Shown piece after piece: positions 15,812-35,522 of a stretch of 64,000 nt of DNA. The DNA lies in NCBI RefSeq assembly GCF_009914755.1, contig NC_060942.1. The stretch is one strand, 5' to 3'. This DNA comes from the human T2T-CHM13v2.0 reference genome, Homo sapiens. Every line of letters begins with the position of its first letter. Position 1 is the first letter of the stretch. A program made the position numbers and the translations under genes. The notes beneath the pieces were generated by a model that worked only from the letters and a program-made list of their open reading frames with translations, was not told the origin of the DNA and searched no databases.

Positions 15812-16138
15812 TCCTAAGTTGTTGTATGTTAAAACTATTTTTCAGTGTCTTTTGATACTTGAAGGACAGCTTGGCTGGCTGTGAAATCAACACTTTTTGT
15901 ATTACCTTTTTTTTAAATGTTGCCCCATTGTTGTCTTATTCTTATTTGATCTTTTTGTCTGAAGAACTTCAGGATTTTTTATTTTTGAAATCTCATAGTT
16001 TTGCCCTAGAATATGTTGTAAAGGTGGTGGTTCCTCAATTCCTATTTGGCCCTTTCAGTATGTAGATTCTGGTCTTTTGTAATTTTTGGAAAACGTTCTT
16101 GGAGTATAGTTTTAAATATTAGTTCTTGTTCACGATTT

Positions 16139-16162
16139 TGTGTGTGTGTGTGTGTGTGTGTG
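16139..16162. repeat. (TG)n microsatellite
   Basis: About 12 TG units. Confidence 0.95.
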
Positions 16163-16979
16163 TTTCAGGGAGTGTAATAGTATGGATTTTAGTCCTTTTG
16201 CCTCTCTTTCATTCCCATTACTTTGTCTCTGACCCTTTTTTTACCCTTTATTTATGTCAGTTTTTCCCTTGTTTTTCCACCTTTCTTCAATGCCTCTTTT
16301 ATTAGAGTTTTGTTTGTATCTATTTGCCGTGGGAAAACTGTTTGGTCCTTTTTTGTCTTGCAGCACTCTAAATTTTCCCCTTTTGCATTTTCTCCGCTTC
16401 CAAATGGTGCTTCTCCCTCTCCTTTTTGCCTTTTATTCCTTCCAAGAATCTGCACATTTCAGTCTGCCAATTTAAATTGCATGTAGTCATGCTTTGATTT
16501 ATGGGAACACCTTTTTAGCATTTTCTGACTTGGGATGTATTTAGTCTTATGCCCACCACTGGCTCTGCCCTGTCTCTCTTTTCTGCAGTTTTTTTTCCAT
16601 CTCTTTTTGCCTGTAGCAAGCCTTGAGGCATGGGGTGGGGTGGGGAGGGGTAGATGAGATTGAGAAGATGAAAAAGTTTGCATGGGATTTGTTTTTTTTT
16701 CCTTTATAGTTTGGAGTTTGGGTATTCTGGAAGACAGTAATCCAGGCAGTCATCATCATCTTTCAGTTTAATGACTCTTGACAAAAAGCTAAACCCATGT
16801 ACCAAGTATCACTGTCAGGATACATGGAATATTTTCAATACACCAAAAAGATTCCTTTGCACTCCTTACCAGCCAGTCCCCACATTACACCTCAGGTTCT
16901 GCACAACCATTGATCTGCTTTCTATCATTGTAGATTGGGTTTGGATTTGTCCTTTCTAGAGTTTTGCATGAGTGGCATC

Positions 16980-17733
<754 letters not shown>

Positions 17734-17737
17734 CATC

Positions 17738-18350
17738 ATACAGTTCATGTTGTGTCTGGCTTCTTTTGGTAGCATAATGTGTTTTATATATACCATGTTG
17801 TTGTATGTATCAGTAGTTGCATTTTTTATTGCTGAGTAATATTTTATTATACAGGTATATTGCTTTTGTTTGCACTGAATGATCACTTTATCTGTTGATG
17901 GATATTTGGGTTGTTTACAGTTTTTGGCAATGATAAAGCTTGCTGGGAACACTTGTGTCTATATCTTTGTATGGACATAGATTTTCTTTTCTATAAATAC
18001 ATAGAACAGAATTGCTGAGTCGTATGGTAGGTATATAAGCATATGTTTAACTCTATGGGAAGCCACCACACTAGTTTCCTAAATGGTTATACCATTTTTC
18101 CATTTCCACCAACAAAGTATGAGATTCTGTTCTAGTTGCTCTGCATCCTTGCTAACAATTGATACTGCAGTTTTACTTTGTCTCTCCCCGCCCCCCACCC
18201 CTCCAATTTTAGCTATTCTGGTTTGGTATGTAGTTGTAGCTCACTGTGACTTTAATTTGCATTTCCCTAGTGACTAATGATGTTGAGTGCATTTGTTCTT
18301 ATTGCCCATTTATGTAACTTCTTTTGTGAAATATGTGTTCAAATATTTTG
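17738..18350 (-). mobile_element. Old L1M 3' region
   Basis: ctgttgatggatatttgggttgttt, catttccaccaaca, tttaatttgcatttccctagtgactaatgatgttgag. Confidence 0.75.
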
Positions 18351-18364
18351 ACTGTTTTTGTTGT

Positions 18365-19308
<944 letters not shown>

Positions 19309-19332
19309 CTTTTTTTTTTCTTTTTTAAGGCA

Positions 19333-19403
19333 CAGTGCTCTACATGTTCAGAGAAACTTCTCTAGTAAAGAACTATAGAAATGATCCCTGAAAGTATAGT
19401 CTT
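19333..19403 (-). pseudogene. 3'-truncated U3 snoRNA (SNORD3) retropseudogene, first ~71 nt
   Basis: Reverse complement AAGACTATACTTTCAGGGATCATTTCTATAGTTCTTTACTAGAGAAGTTTCTCTGAACATGTAGAGCACTG matches the U3 5' end; A tail and TSD CCTATTGCCT. Confidence 0.92.
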
Positions 19404-20154
19404 CCTATTGCCTGTTTTTAAACTGAGTGTTTTTGTCATGAACTTTTTCTGCATCTATTTAAGGTGGTCATTGATTTTTCTTATTATTCTAGGATCATGA
19501 ATTACATTGATTTTTAAATTTCTGAATGTTCTTGCATTCCTGGAGTATTAGCCTTTTTATTTATTGCTGCATTGATTAATGTTTTGTAAGGGTTTTGTGT
19601 TGATATTCATGAGCGATTTGGTCTATAGTTTTTTGTTCTTAGAGTGTGTTTGCCAGAATTTGGTATCTGTGATTATATTGGCTTAAAAAAAATGAGTCAT
19701 AGTCTTCCCCCCCTCCTTTGTTTTAAGCTTTTGTGTAGAATTGTTATGATTTCTTCCTTAAATGTATGAATGAATTTACCATTGAAACTAGATAGGTCTG
19801 TTGTTTTCTTTGGGAGAATGTTTTTTGACAAAGTCAATTTCATTGATAGATATAAAGGTATTTAGATTTTCTTTTTCATTTTAATGCCAATTTCATGAAG
19901 TTGTATTTTTTTAAGGTTTTTGTACATTTCATATTGATTTTCAGATTTATCAGCAAGAAATTGTTCCTAATACTTTTCTTTTGAATGTGTATAGATGCTT
20001 TAATGGTAGTATAGTATATACATTTTTCAAGGATTTTATTTTTGTAGTTGACTTTTTCAGGCATGAAATTAATTTTATTTCTTTATCCTTTTAATGTCTA
20101 TAAAATATGTAGTCTCTCTCTTTTTATTAGTAGGCTTTTATCAGTTTTGTTAAT

Positions 20155-20501
<347 letters not shown>

Positions 20502-21439
20502 AAGCATTTAAAATTATACATTTCCTCATTTGAGCTGAGGCTACAAGATAAAAACAACAACAACAAAAAAATCCTATCAATTTCTCCCTAAATACTGATT
20601 TAGCACCCAACTGATTATAGGGTGTGTTTTTTTTTTTTTTTGCCTTTCCATTCATGTCAAGATAGTTTCCTTTCTTTAATTTATTGGTACAAATATTTGA
20701 TGCTTTTCTGGAATATTTTATTTGTTTTCTAATACAGTTTTGTGATCAGAGAACATATTCTTGAACATATAATTTCAATTTTATTAAATTTATTGAGACT
20801 TCTCAGTGTGACTAATTTTGATTAATATCTCATGAGCACTTGGGAGAAAAATACGTATTATTCAGTTTGGGGAAGTAGTTTTTTGTTGTCTACATCAGTT
20901 TGGTGAAGGTGGGTGACAGTGTTCACATCTTCTATACCCTGGGCTTTTTTTTGGTTTTATTTTTCAGACTGTTTCCATCACTTACGTAGAGTGGGTATTA
21001 AAATCTCCCACTCTGATTTTTTTTTTCCTTTTGCTTGTTTTTTCCTTTAGTTCTGTCAATTTTTGTATTATATATTTGAAGCTCTGTTATTGGGACATCT
21101 CAAGCCACTAGTCATAGACTAGGGAGTGCATAGACTAGGGAGTGCTTTCAGACCAAAAGACATAAACTCACAAATTTTACCCATTACTGTTCCCATCATC
21201 CAACGGTTGACTTACCTCTGTTTTCTGCCTGCCTTTATTAAGTCTCCAAATGATTGCCTTTTAAAAACTGTTTGTAGATTTTGTAATTGTTATTGATCAA
21301 ACTATTGTAGCATTACTAGAAACCACGACCATCATTTCTTTTTTAATGGATTATTGTCCTGTGGTATAGTTGTTTGCCTCTATGTTCTTGAACAATTAAT
21401 TGTAGTTATTTTATTGTGTGCATGTGTGGTTTTCTTTGG

Positions 21440-22826
<1,387 letters not shown>

Positions 22827-23198
22827 ATTTGAATATCTTTTTGTCTTCAGGAGTTAAAATTTGGTTTTTGTTTTTGCTATGGTTTGGAGGTTTAGAGATC
22901 CTGATTCGTTTTTCCCCATATAGGAAACCACTTGTTCTAGCAGCATTATTGAATAATTTGTCCTTCCTCAGTGATCTGTAATGTCTCCTATGTCATATAT
23001 ATATGGATCTTCTCTTTTTTTTAATCTTTCTTTTTTTAAAATGCCTCTAATCAATAGTTAATCTTTTTTATCTCTATTTCATTTTATTGGTTAATTTTAA
23101 AATTTCCAATAGCATACAGTTTAATTTACTATAATTTCAAAAGAAGTTTTATATTTGGTAATGCATATTTTCTACCTACTTCTTTATTTCCTTTTCTT

Positions 23199-23846
23199 CC
23201 TCCACTTTCATACCCCCTCCACTTTCATACCCCCTCCACTTTCATACTCCCTCCACTTTCATACCCCCTCCACTTTCATACCCCCTCCACTTTCATCCTC
23301 CCTCCACTTTCATCCTCCCTCCACTTTCATACCCCCTCCACTTTCATACCCCCTCCACTTTCATACCCCCTCCACTTTCATACTCCCTCCACTTTCATCC
23401 TCCCTCCACTTTCATCCTCCCTCCGCTTTCATCCTCCCTCCGCTTTCATCCTCCCTCCGCTTTCATACCCCCTCCACTGTCATCCTCCCTCCACTTTCAT
23501 ACCTCCTCCACTTTCATACCCCCTCCACTTTCATCCTCCCTCCACTTTCATCCTCCCTCCACTTTCATCCTCCCTCCACTTTCATCCTCCCTCTACTTTC
23601 ATACCCCCTCCACTTTCATACCCCCTCCACTTTCATCCTCCCTCCACTTTCATACCCCCTCCACTTTCATCCTCCCTCCACTTTCATACCCCCTCCACTT
23701 TCATCCTCCCTCCACTTTCATACCCCCTCCACTTTCATACCCCTTCCACTTTCATCCTCCCTCCACTTTCATCCTCCCTCCACTTTCATACCCCCTCCAC
23801 TTTCATACCCCCTCCACTTTCATACTCCCTCCACTTTCATACTCCT
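23199..23846. repeat. 17-bp minisatellite (VNTR), about 38 copies
   Basis: Unit CCACTTTCA + TACCCCCT / TCCTCCCT / TACTCCCT; period 17 (23202 to 23219); gives a 17-aa periodic ORF. Confidence 0.95.
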
Positions 23847-25507
23847 TGGCTCTACTTGGGCTTTTGCTATTCCCTATACATTTAATGATCAACTTGTTAA
23901 ATTCTACCAGTAATCTGTTAGAATTTGAATTGGCGTGGCCTGAGTCCATAGGCCCACTGTCTTCCAGCTGATTTATTATAATTTGGATCCTTCTATGAAC
24001 ATGATTTATATCTCCATTATATATACCTTTTTAAACATCTTTCAATAAAGTAGTATAATTTTATTTATGCAGATTCTGCATGATTTGTTGCATTTATCTG
24101 TTAGATTTATTCCTAGATATCTTTCTTGTTGTTATTATAAGTAATATTTTTGGTAACTGCCTTTTCTTTTACTAGCATAGAGAAATTCAGGACTTAAAAA
24201 AATCATATACCAACAGCCTTGTTATTATTTCTAATAATTTCTAGATGATTTTAGATTATTTATATAGACAATGTCAAGATTGAGATTAGAATTATAGGTC
24301 GACTGTTTTTTTTTTTTTTTTTGCTTTGAAGATGTTATTCCATTGTTTTTGGGTGTTCATATAAAATATATGTTCACATTTAAAGATAAACATGCAAGGA
24401 AGTATCCTTGAGTCAAGCTACAGGGAAACAGTAATACATTTGGAATTCCAGTGACTTCAAACATAGGATGATCAAATAGTAAGTGTTAAAAAATAGTATA
24501 AAGTATTTAAAAATAAAATACGGAATCTCAAGAATGAGCAAGAAACTATTTTTAAAAATGACTGCAAATACTTGAAAAAGAACCAAATAGGACTTTTAGA
24601 AGTAAAAAATGTAGTCAATAAATCTAAAACTTTGTGGGACAGGTAAATCAGATTAAACCTGAGGGTCTAAACTGAGTTTGCTTTCTTCCAGAGAGGATTT
24701 GTGACTGTTTCTAGTAGACCCAGGGATTACTATTGACTTGGAACCACTTTAGTCTTCTTCCTGGGAACTTGACTTACCCAGGAGTCTCAGATACACTTTT
24801 CCCATTGTAATCAAGAACTAGTGCTAGCCACAGTCATTTGCCCTTGAGGCAATTCTTCCTTTAGGATATGCTTATTGCTGATTTTTACTGACACCTTTTT
24901 TTTAACAGGTCCTGTGAACCAAACAATGGAATGAAAATGTCTTATGCTGTGTAATTGCTCCTCAGTAAATCTAGTCCACTTACTGCCTGAAGGAAAAATG
25001 TCACTATAAGTATTTTCTTTGGGAAATTTCTGACTTATTACTTTCGCCCATTTATCTGTTGACTACTTATTGCTTTCCAGACTTATGTACATATGCTGGA
25101 CAGTAGTAATTCTTTGATATATACATTGTAAGTATTTTTCTCCTAGTTTTTTGTTTAACTTGGAAATTTGTTTTTAGTGTTTCATATATGGAAAATTTAA
25201 ATTACAGTATAAAGTTTAGCAGTCTCTTCCTTTATGGCTTTTGAATTCTAATGTATCCTTTCGTATTATGAGCCCAGAATGATGTGCCTTCTGTATCTTC
25301 TTCTAAGATACTTGTATGCACTTACCTCAAATACAGATATTTACCTTTATATCTTCAATAATTCTTGATTTTATTTTTGTAAATGTGTGAGGCAGAGATT
25401 AAATTTTCCTCAAATGAATTGTCTGAGCAATAGTTAGTAAAGAGTTCATCATCTTTAACTTTCTTATTTGCAATGCCACCTTTATCTTATAGTAAATTCC
25501 CATTTAA

Positions 25508-25806
<299 letters not shown>

Positions 25807-26869
25807 ATATTTGTTTTGTTTTGATATTACTATTTTGGTGTTTTCGATTGTTATAACATCTTTATTTATTTATCTAGCCCATAGTTAAAGTAAGTCCTTT
25901 TTCTATATTCCTTTTTATCGAAGGTATCTTAATTTTACTTGTTATTTTTCTCTCGTGCATGAATTTTAGAATCAGCATGGCAGTTCCATGAAGTTTGTAT
26001 AGAATTGTGTGATTAGGTTAATTTGGGTGGTGGGGGCAGAGAATTGGCTTAAAGAATTTTCTTTTTACGATATAGAAGATTCCCATCTGAAACCATGGTT
26101 ATATTTGTTAGAATTTGGTAAGGTTGTAGGGAACAGAAAAACTGAAAAGCCATTGCATAAGCAAATTATCTCTCATATTCAGAAAAACTGAATTGCAAGG
26201 ATCACGGTCTGTGGTGTTAGGGATCCGTGCTCCATGTTTGCCTCCTTTCTGTTCTTCGGACACACTAGTCATGGTCCTGATGTACAATTTTATTTATTTA
26301 TTATTTTCTTTAATGTTTTTAGTGTTTAATTTTGGGGGGTACATAGGTGTATATTTATGGGTTATGTGAGATTTTGATAAAACCCACTGTATAGTTTTTG
26401 ATGTGGTATGCAGTGAAAGCTGTCCCTCAGTCTTCATATGACATGGTCTTTCATATATCAAATCTACCTCCTTAGAGAGGTAAATTTTGCTTGGCCAACC
26501 AACATAAAGTAGCTTCCACAGTGATATCTGCTGTCTTGAGGTACTTATCTAAAATTATTTTGTTCATTTATTTGTTTACCCCTGCTTCCATGTATTTCCC
26601 ACTTCTTCTTAATCGTCTATGAAAGCTTACAATGATTGTTTACCATTGTATGTATACCGAGTGTTTAGAACAATGCCTGTTTCATAATAGGCATTCAAAT
26701 ATTTGTTGAAATGGTGAGTTTTGGAAAAGGAGTATTTATAATCTCAGCTATTTCTTAGATATTTTTGTACAAAGGTGCACTTTTCATTTTTGTACAGTAC
26801 TTTCTAGTAATTCACAGTCACACATGGCTTTATGCATATCTTTTCATAGTGATGTCTTTTTAAATTTAA

Positions 26870-27231
<362 letters not shown>

Positions 27232-27984
27232 TTACTTCAGTTACTTTTTAAATGAAACTGATAATAGACCCTCGATGTTGGCTCTTTTGTTAAATAAGAA
27301 GAAATAGTAGCGAATAATATTAGCTCTTGTCTTGACCAAACTGTATGACATTTAATAATATAGAATGATATTTTCATAGTTTTTAAAAACTATTTTGTTA
27401 ACTTACACTTTTCGGGGGGATTCATTTGTGACTTTTTCTGCTAAGAAGATTCTGTTTTCTATTCTGCTTGTCAGTATAGCTGGGGTGAATTTGGGAAGCT
27501 GTATTGTGCTTAAACACCAGAGGGTGCCAGAGATTCATGTTCTTTCCATCATACTTCAGAATCAGAAGTGGCAAACAGGATAGTACCTCTGCATGTTTGC
27601 ATAACCGTATTTCAACTGAAGATGTGATGATAATAAGGAATTAATATCAATATTTTTATGTGATCATTTATTTAAAGTCCTTATATTTTAGAGATACATA
27701 ATAAAATATTTATGGATAATATCTATATACTATATCTGGTAGTGAAGGTGTTTTAACAACTAGGGGTTTTAGTGTGATTTTTATTACTTTAAAAAGACAC
27801 TCTTGGAAAATAATATAGGACCAGATTATGTGCTGTTTGCATAGATGGTATTACTCCATCAATTTTAATGTCCATTTTTTCCATACTGCAGGAATTAGAT
27901 TGTCTAGTGTATATTAACTTATTTAACTTTCATCATATATAATTCATTGTTTTATGTATTACGAGTCTGTTTGTCCTTGTGTAT

Positions 27985-29045
<1,061 letters not shown>

Positions 29046-29319
29046 AAATTGATAATTGAACTGAGAACATGAATATAGGAAAGAGCTAGTACATACTTCA
29101 GGAAACAATTGATAACTAAATATTTCCTAGTATACTATAGATCAGCAGTCTCAGAGTTACCCAGGGAATTTGTTAAAATTTTGGTTCCTGGAGCTGATCT
29201 AATCTAGAATAAAATCTCTGGGGATTGGGTATGGCAGGAACTTGTATTTTAAAAATCCTTATAATGAACATATTTCTGATGTTCATTATAAATTTAGGAA
29301 CTATAAGTATATATAGACC

Positions 29320-29830
29320 AGCATTTGACAGACATTTTCATGAAAATGAATGAAGTGAGTCTGTCACTTTAGGGAAAAAACCTGACAGTATTTTTTTTTT
29401 TTTTGCCAATGATAAAGTTGGAGCTATCAAGCAAAAATGAAAACTTTGCAAAACATATCTATTACCATGACTTTGACAGCTTTCCAATAGTTATATTTTC
29501 TGATTTGGTTGGTGGAGATACATGTAATTTTGGATTATGTATTAGAATCTAAATTTGGAAGAACTGTATGACTCAGTGAACTAGTATTTTCCATATTACC
29601 AATGGATGATGTTGCAAAACCATGTCTGAGTAACAGATCCCATTCAAAATGCAAGAGGACCCGTGGATTTTAAAAAGATTTGTAAAAATAGAAGGCAGTA
29701 CCACTCTTGATCTATTTTTAAATTTTGATATGTTAATTTTTGTTAAAGTATGTTATTTATGGTAATATATATTTCTTATTTTTCAATGAATAAATAATAC
29801 CAATTTTTAGTTTCTGATGCAGTTTTAGTT
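29320..29830. mobile_element. Charlie1-like hAT relic
   Basis: aaaatgaatgaagtgagtctgtcactt...gccaatgataaa...cagatcccattcaaaatgcaag recognised by eye. Confidence 0.55.
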
Positions 29831-29954
29831 TCTAATACAGTTTTCACACAAAATTACATGAGAGGGTCATTTTCACTCCCATTTTACAGATAAGGGGATC
29901 AATGAATAGACGTGGGAAGAAACTTGTCCATGGTCATCCTATTAATATTTATTT

Positions 29955-30246
<292 letters not shown>

Positions 30247-31477
30247 ATCCTGTTAATAATGGTCAGAACAGGGACTGAAACCTTGACCTCTTTAGAATCA
30301 GTACTCTTAATTTTTATAACTCAGTATTTTTCTTAGTGTGGTCCTTAGACCATTTGTATCATGATCATTTAAGTGTGCCTGTTAGAAAACTCCAAATCCC
30401 TGGTCTCCATCATAGGCCTACCAAATGAGAATCATGGGTACTGTGTGGATGTGTGTTTGACATTGAGACCTGCATTTTAAATATACTTCCTAGGTGTTTC
30501 CTAAAAACACTATTGCTTGAGAAGTACTGCAGTATGCTACGCTACATTTGAGTTAATAAGAAGAGAGGGAAATTCCCATGAGAAAAACAACTTTAAAGCA
30601 TAGAAGAAGGAATAAGCAGGATATTGTGTGAATTTACTGGCTCACTGTGGTAGAGAGGCTCTGCTTGAGAGAGGTGAAAAAAGAATATTGAAGGCAAACT
30701 AATTTTATTACAGATTTAGTAATCTAAGGAAATAACTAGATCTTAAAATAAAAGTTTTTGTTTATATTTTAAAAACTCATTTATTTGAGTAGGTAATGTG
30801 AACATTTTACACGAAATTTATAAGGTACAAGAAGGTATGCAATGGGAAAAGTAAGGGTTCCCCTGACTTCTTTATCCCCGCTATTACCCAGGTTCCCAGC
30901 CTAGAGCCAACCAGTTACCACTTTTTTTCAGTTTCTTATGTATTGTTCTAAGTATAGTATTTTTTTTTTCTTGGGTACAGTATACTTTATTGATGGTACA
31001 TGACAAGATGGAGCTCCCTAGATATAGTATTCAACACAGATGGTAATATATAATACATACATAATGTTTTGCTTTTTTTGTTTTTTTTTTTAACCACTTA
31101 ATAGTAATCTTGGAGATTGTCTCATCAGTACATATTCACTGTGATTTTGATATTTTTAACAAAGTTCCATAATGATGGACATTTAGGTTGTTTCCATTGT
31201 TTCATACTAGGAAAAAAGCTGCAGTGATAGGTGATGAAGATGATTAATATGATCAATAAAATTAGTTGGAATTTAAGGCAAATACATTGATTAGAAAAGA
31301 AGACAGAGTAAGAACTACCATAACAGAGACAAACATGTGCTCTCAGGAGTTCAGCATTGTAGCAGTTGGACAAATGATTTAAAAGTATAAAACCAGCATT
31401 TCTAAAGTAGGCATTCAAAGTGGATCTGGGACATAGATAAGGCTTTGAAAGCTTTGAAAATAAGAAAAAAGCAAAGG

Positions 31478-31765
31478 GGCTGGGCGTGGTGGCTCACACC
31501 TGTAATCCCAGCATTTTGGGAGGCCGAGGCAGGCAGATCACCTGAGGTTAGGAGTTTGAGACCAGCCTGGCCAACGTGGCAAAATCCTGTCTCTACTAAA
31601 AAAAATACAAAAATTAGCCAGGCGTGGTGGTGCTACTCAGGAGGCTGAGGCATGAGAATCGCTTGAACCCAGGTGGTGGAGGTTGCAGTGAGCCGAGACC
31701 TTGCCACTGCACTCCAGCCTGGGCGACAAAACGAGACTCAGTCTCAAAGAAACAAAAAAACAAGC
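31478..31765 (+). mobile_element. Alu
   Basis: Sense dimer; TSD-like aaaaagca. Confidence 0.9.
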
Positions 31766-33794
31766 ATAGGAAGTTGAAGACTAGAACAGGAAGGGAATAG
31801 TCTAAGCAAAGTCCAGAATCAGGAGGAGTTATTCTATAGTGAGTAATGGAAGGAAGGGGGAAGAGTGCTAACTGTGGTCATTACCTGGAAGACCTTGGAT
31901 GTCAAGTTGAGTTCAGGGTAATGTGAAAGATTTTTGAACAGGAAAATAACGTGACTGACTTTACTTTAGAAGTAGTCTGCTGTTGTTAGAGAAGTTAAGG
32001 GGATAGAAGAAGACATTGTAAGAAGGCAGGCATGAGCAGGCATTCTCAAAAGCTAAAGAATTAGATCAGTTTCAGAAGCTAGAATGCAAAGCATTTGTGA
32101 TAAATTAGTGATATTTTTGTAATATTTGCCTAGTTCCCTGTAACACTCCATAGAATCTTGAGTTGGAAGGCTTTTTCTACTGAGGCACTATTAAGTTTGT
32201 TTTTCTGAATATCTTTTAAAACAAAACAGATTGTCTTTCACAGCACCTTCATCGAAAGACACCGCATCAGACCAGAAGACTTGAAGACTTGGTTTGGTGA
32301 TTCTTACTTACTTCTTGAAAATTAAAACCAAACCAGAATCACAAATATCTCTAAACATCAAAGCCTTTGCTAGTGTCCTGACCTCTTATCTAGCCTTACT
32401 GATATGCTGCTAGAACACTGCTTTCCTTTAGTCTGCCTCCTTGACTAAAGAAGTTTTAAATAGCTTGGGTGCTGTTTTTTTGTGGCACCTTTTCCTCTTT
32501 CCTCAGTAGGGGTCCTCCTCTACGCCTGCCACCATCTGTAACCATGGTAACTAGAGGGAGTTGTGTTCAGCTTGGGGCTAGATAGAAGGAAGGATGGCAG
32601 GCAAGAACAAATCTTATTGAGTAGTTAGTTCCCTGCTCATTTGCAGGGAAAGGCTGCAAGATTCTAAAAGACATGGGACTGTCTCCTCATTGACTGAATT
32701 CTGTTCAGTGCTAATACAATGCTAGGTATTGGTAGTAAGTAGGCCTGGCACTGGTCTTGCCAGCCTGTGTGTGAGATGTCAACAAAGGCTGTACAGGGAC
32801 CTTGCTAGAGAAGCAAGGTGCAATTTCCAAGGGCCTGTGTACCTGGCGCACATCTTAGTTGACAGGCACTCAGTGTTGTATGTATATGTGTAAAGGTCAT
32901 GTGGAGTTACCCGCACGTTAAAACTCCAGTTTTACTTTAAAGCAGGGATGAGGTTATATCTCTACACTTCAATTTTTCTATCTTTACTTTTCTTTATCTG
33001 AGTGTTTACTTATGTTACTTTCAATATCACCAATTATTTTGATTGGGCAATCCATATATATAGTACAACATTCAAAAGATAGAAAAGGGTATAATTGGTA
33101 TAAAGTAAGCCTTCTTCCTATCCCTGGTTTTGTATTTCTCTCTCCAGAAAATTTCTTATGTATCTTTCCAAAAATATATTATGCCTATGTAAGCGTATGT
33201 ATTTTCAAGGTGCAGTCTCTTTGTTCCATGTCAGTCCAAAGAGAGCTGCATCATTTTTTTAAGTGGTTGAGAGGGACCTTAGAAAGCACCTAATCTGAGT
33301 TATGTATTTTTTGGAGGAGGAAACTGAGTCCCAGAGATGTTAAATAACTGGTTAGGATTCTGTTTTGCAGTCATCTGACTTTTCATTTATGTTCACGTGT
33401 TCTTTTGAAAATAAATTTTACATAGTCCCATTAAAATTTTTTTACTCAGATTTTGGTCCATCTTTAGGCTTATGATTCCTTACATTCTTAATGCTTTCGA
33501 TGTTTAAATGTTTAGATGTTTAAATCTGGACACATTGATTTATTTATATAGGTGGCAGAGTGATTCTTAAAATCGTTCTTAGCATCCCATGTCTCTGAGG
33601 ATACCTTTGTGACGTTTCTTTGCTCTGCATATTTCATTTGGTGGTTTGAGAAATTAAGTTTTTACTGTTTTCTTTCCCCATTACAGAGACATGCCTTTTA
33701 ATTTTGAGCTTTTGGTATACTGTTCATGTAAGACCATTGTTACTTCTCTTCATTTTTTCAATTGCTGTGTTTAGCAGTTTACTTTCCTTGAGTT

Positions 33795-34088
<294 letters not shown>

Positions 34089-35213
34089 CTACTTTCTTTT
34101 ATTTTGCTTACATCTCTTATATGTGTTTGAGTATGAGTTCTTTTCCCCCTCATCCCTAATGTGTTGTTTTTTAAAGTTGAACACCAGAGGCCTTCATTTT
34201 TTGAGCATTTTACACTTTATTTCCTTTTTCTGTGCACAGATGCATTACCACAGAGAAATTTGTAATTTAAATCCTATTGACAAAAGACCATATTATATAC
34301 CATTTGGCCCATGCAATAAAGAGAAACAACATCTTTTTATATAATCACATTATTGTAACTTATGTTATACATTGTCATATAACACTGGTAAGATGCTTCT
34401 TATTACATATAGTGACAAGGATGCTATGAGGGAATTTTAGTATTTCTTTCCTCTCCCTCTTCTTTACCCTTAAATATATATACTCATCTTAGTGCTGTGG
34501 CCACGTAACAATTCCATTAGATAAAAACAACTGTTTAATTTTGCTGATACAAAGCAAGGAGCCCAGACATCTTTTGTATTTTTTATGCACATGTATGTAT
34601 GTGTGTGTGTATATGTACATGAGTGTGTTTTATATTTTATATATAGGCCATTTTTGGGTAATTGCTGAGGATGTGGTTTAACGAATTCAGTTGGTATAGA
34701 TGGAGCACACCAAAAGTCTGAAACAGAAAAACAAAACTAGTTTTATACCATTTGGTTTTAGAATGGCTAGTCTAGTAAGCTTCTTCCCAAGGGTCTTTAT
34801 GTGGATATGGACCTTTCAGGACCAGATAATTTCTGCTGCCCTTAAGTGGAATGAATGGTAGAGTACACTGGGGACAGCTGATGGACTTTTAACCATCTTG
34901 GATGAAAAGAAAGATGTCTGTTTTCATTTCTTTGTCTTTCATTGCAGAGGATTTATGGATGACTTGGTGTAACTCCAAATGCCTCTTGGTGTTTCTTATT
35001 TGCCAGACTGAGAGAGGGAAAGTTGGGACCTAGAAGACAAAGTTACTTCTGATTCATCCTTCTGTTATTAAATATACATTGGTGGTTAGAGACACTAATT
35101 ACTTTCAAAAGCTTAAAGGGAAAGGTAGCCATTCTTCACTTCTCTTGATTGGATGAATTAAGTAAAATAATGCCGTTAGTTACAAGGAGAGACCTCTAAT
35201 TCTTTTGCTCTCT

Positions 35214-35318
<105 letters not shown>

Positions 35319-35352
35319 CCTAAAATGTATAACTTTTTTTTTTTTCTATTAG

Positions 35353-35522
35353 AGATGAGGATGACATCAATGATGTGACTTCTATGGCAGGGGTCAACCT
35401 TAATGAAGAAAATGCCTGCATCTTAGCAACAAACTCTGAATTGGTTGGCACACTCATTCAGTCATGTAAAGATGAACCATTTCTTTTTATTGGAGCTCTA
35501 CAAAAGAGAATTTTAGACATTG
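35353..35522 (+). CDS. TAF4B: TAF4B coding exon (probable exon 10), 170 nt, phase 2/1, start of conserved C-terminal/histone-fold region
   Basis: ttctattag|A GAT GAG...ATT G|gtaagt; DEDDINDVTSMAGVNLNEENACILATNSELVGTLIQSCKDEPFLFIGALQKRILDI. Confidence 0.96.

Noticed and set aside
19333-19403. Functional U3 snoRNA gene
   Set aside because: Only the first ~71 nt are present; the 3' domain boxes are absent; A tail and TSD indicate retroposition
21113-21144. 16-bp tandem duplication catagactagggagtg x2
   Set aside because: Isolated small duplication in old repeat-derived sequence with no functional cue
23199-23846. CRISPR-like array
   Set aside because: Head-to-tail units with no unique spacers, no cas genes, eukaryotic intron
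23155-23913. 252-aa Pro/His/Ser-rich ORF
   Set aside because: Produced by the 17-bp VNTR, whose + strand has almost no G and no TAA, so stops cannot form; the 17-aa period equals three DNA units
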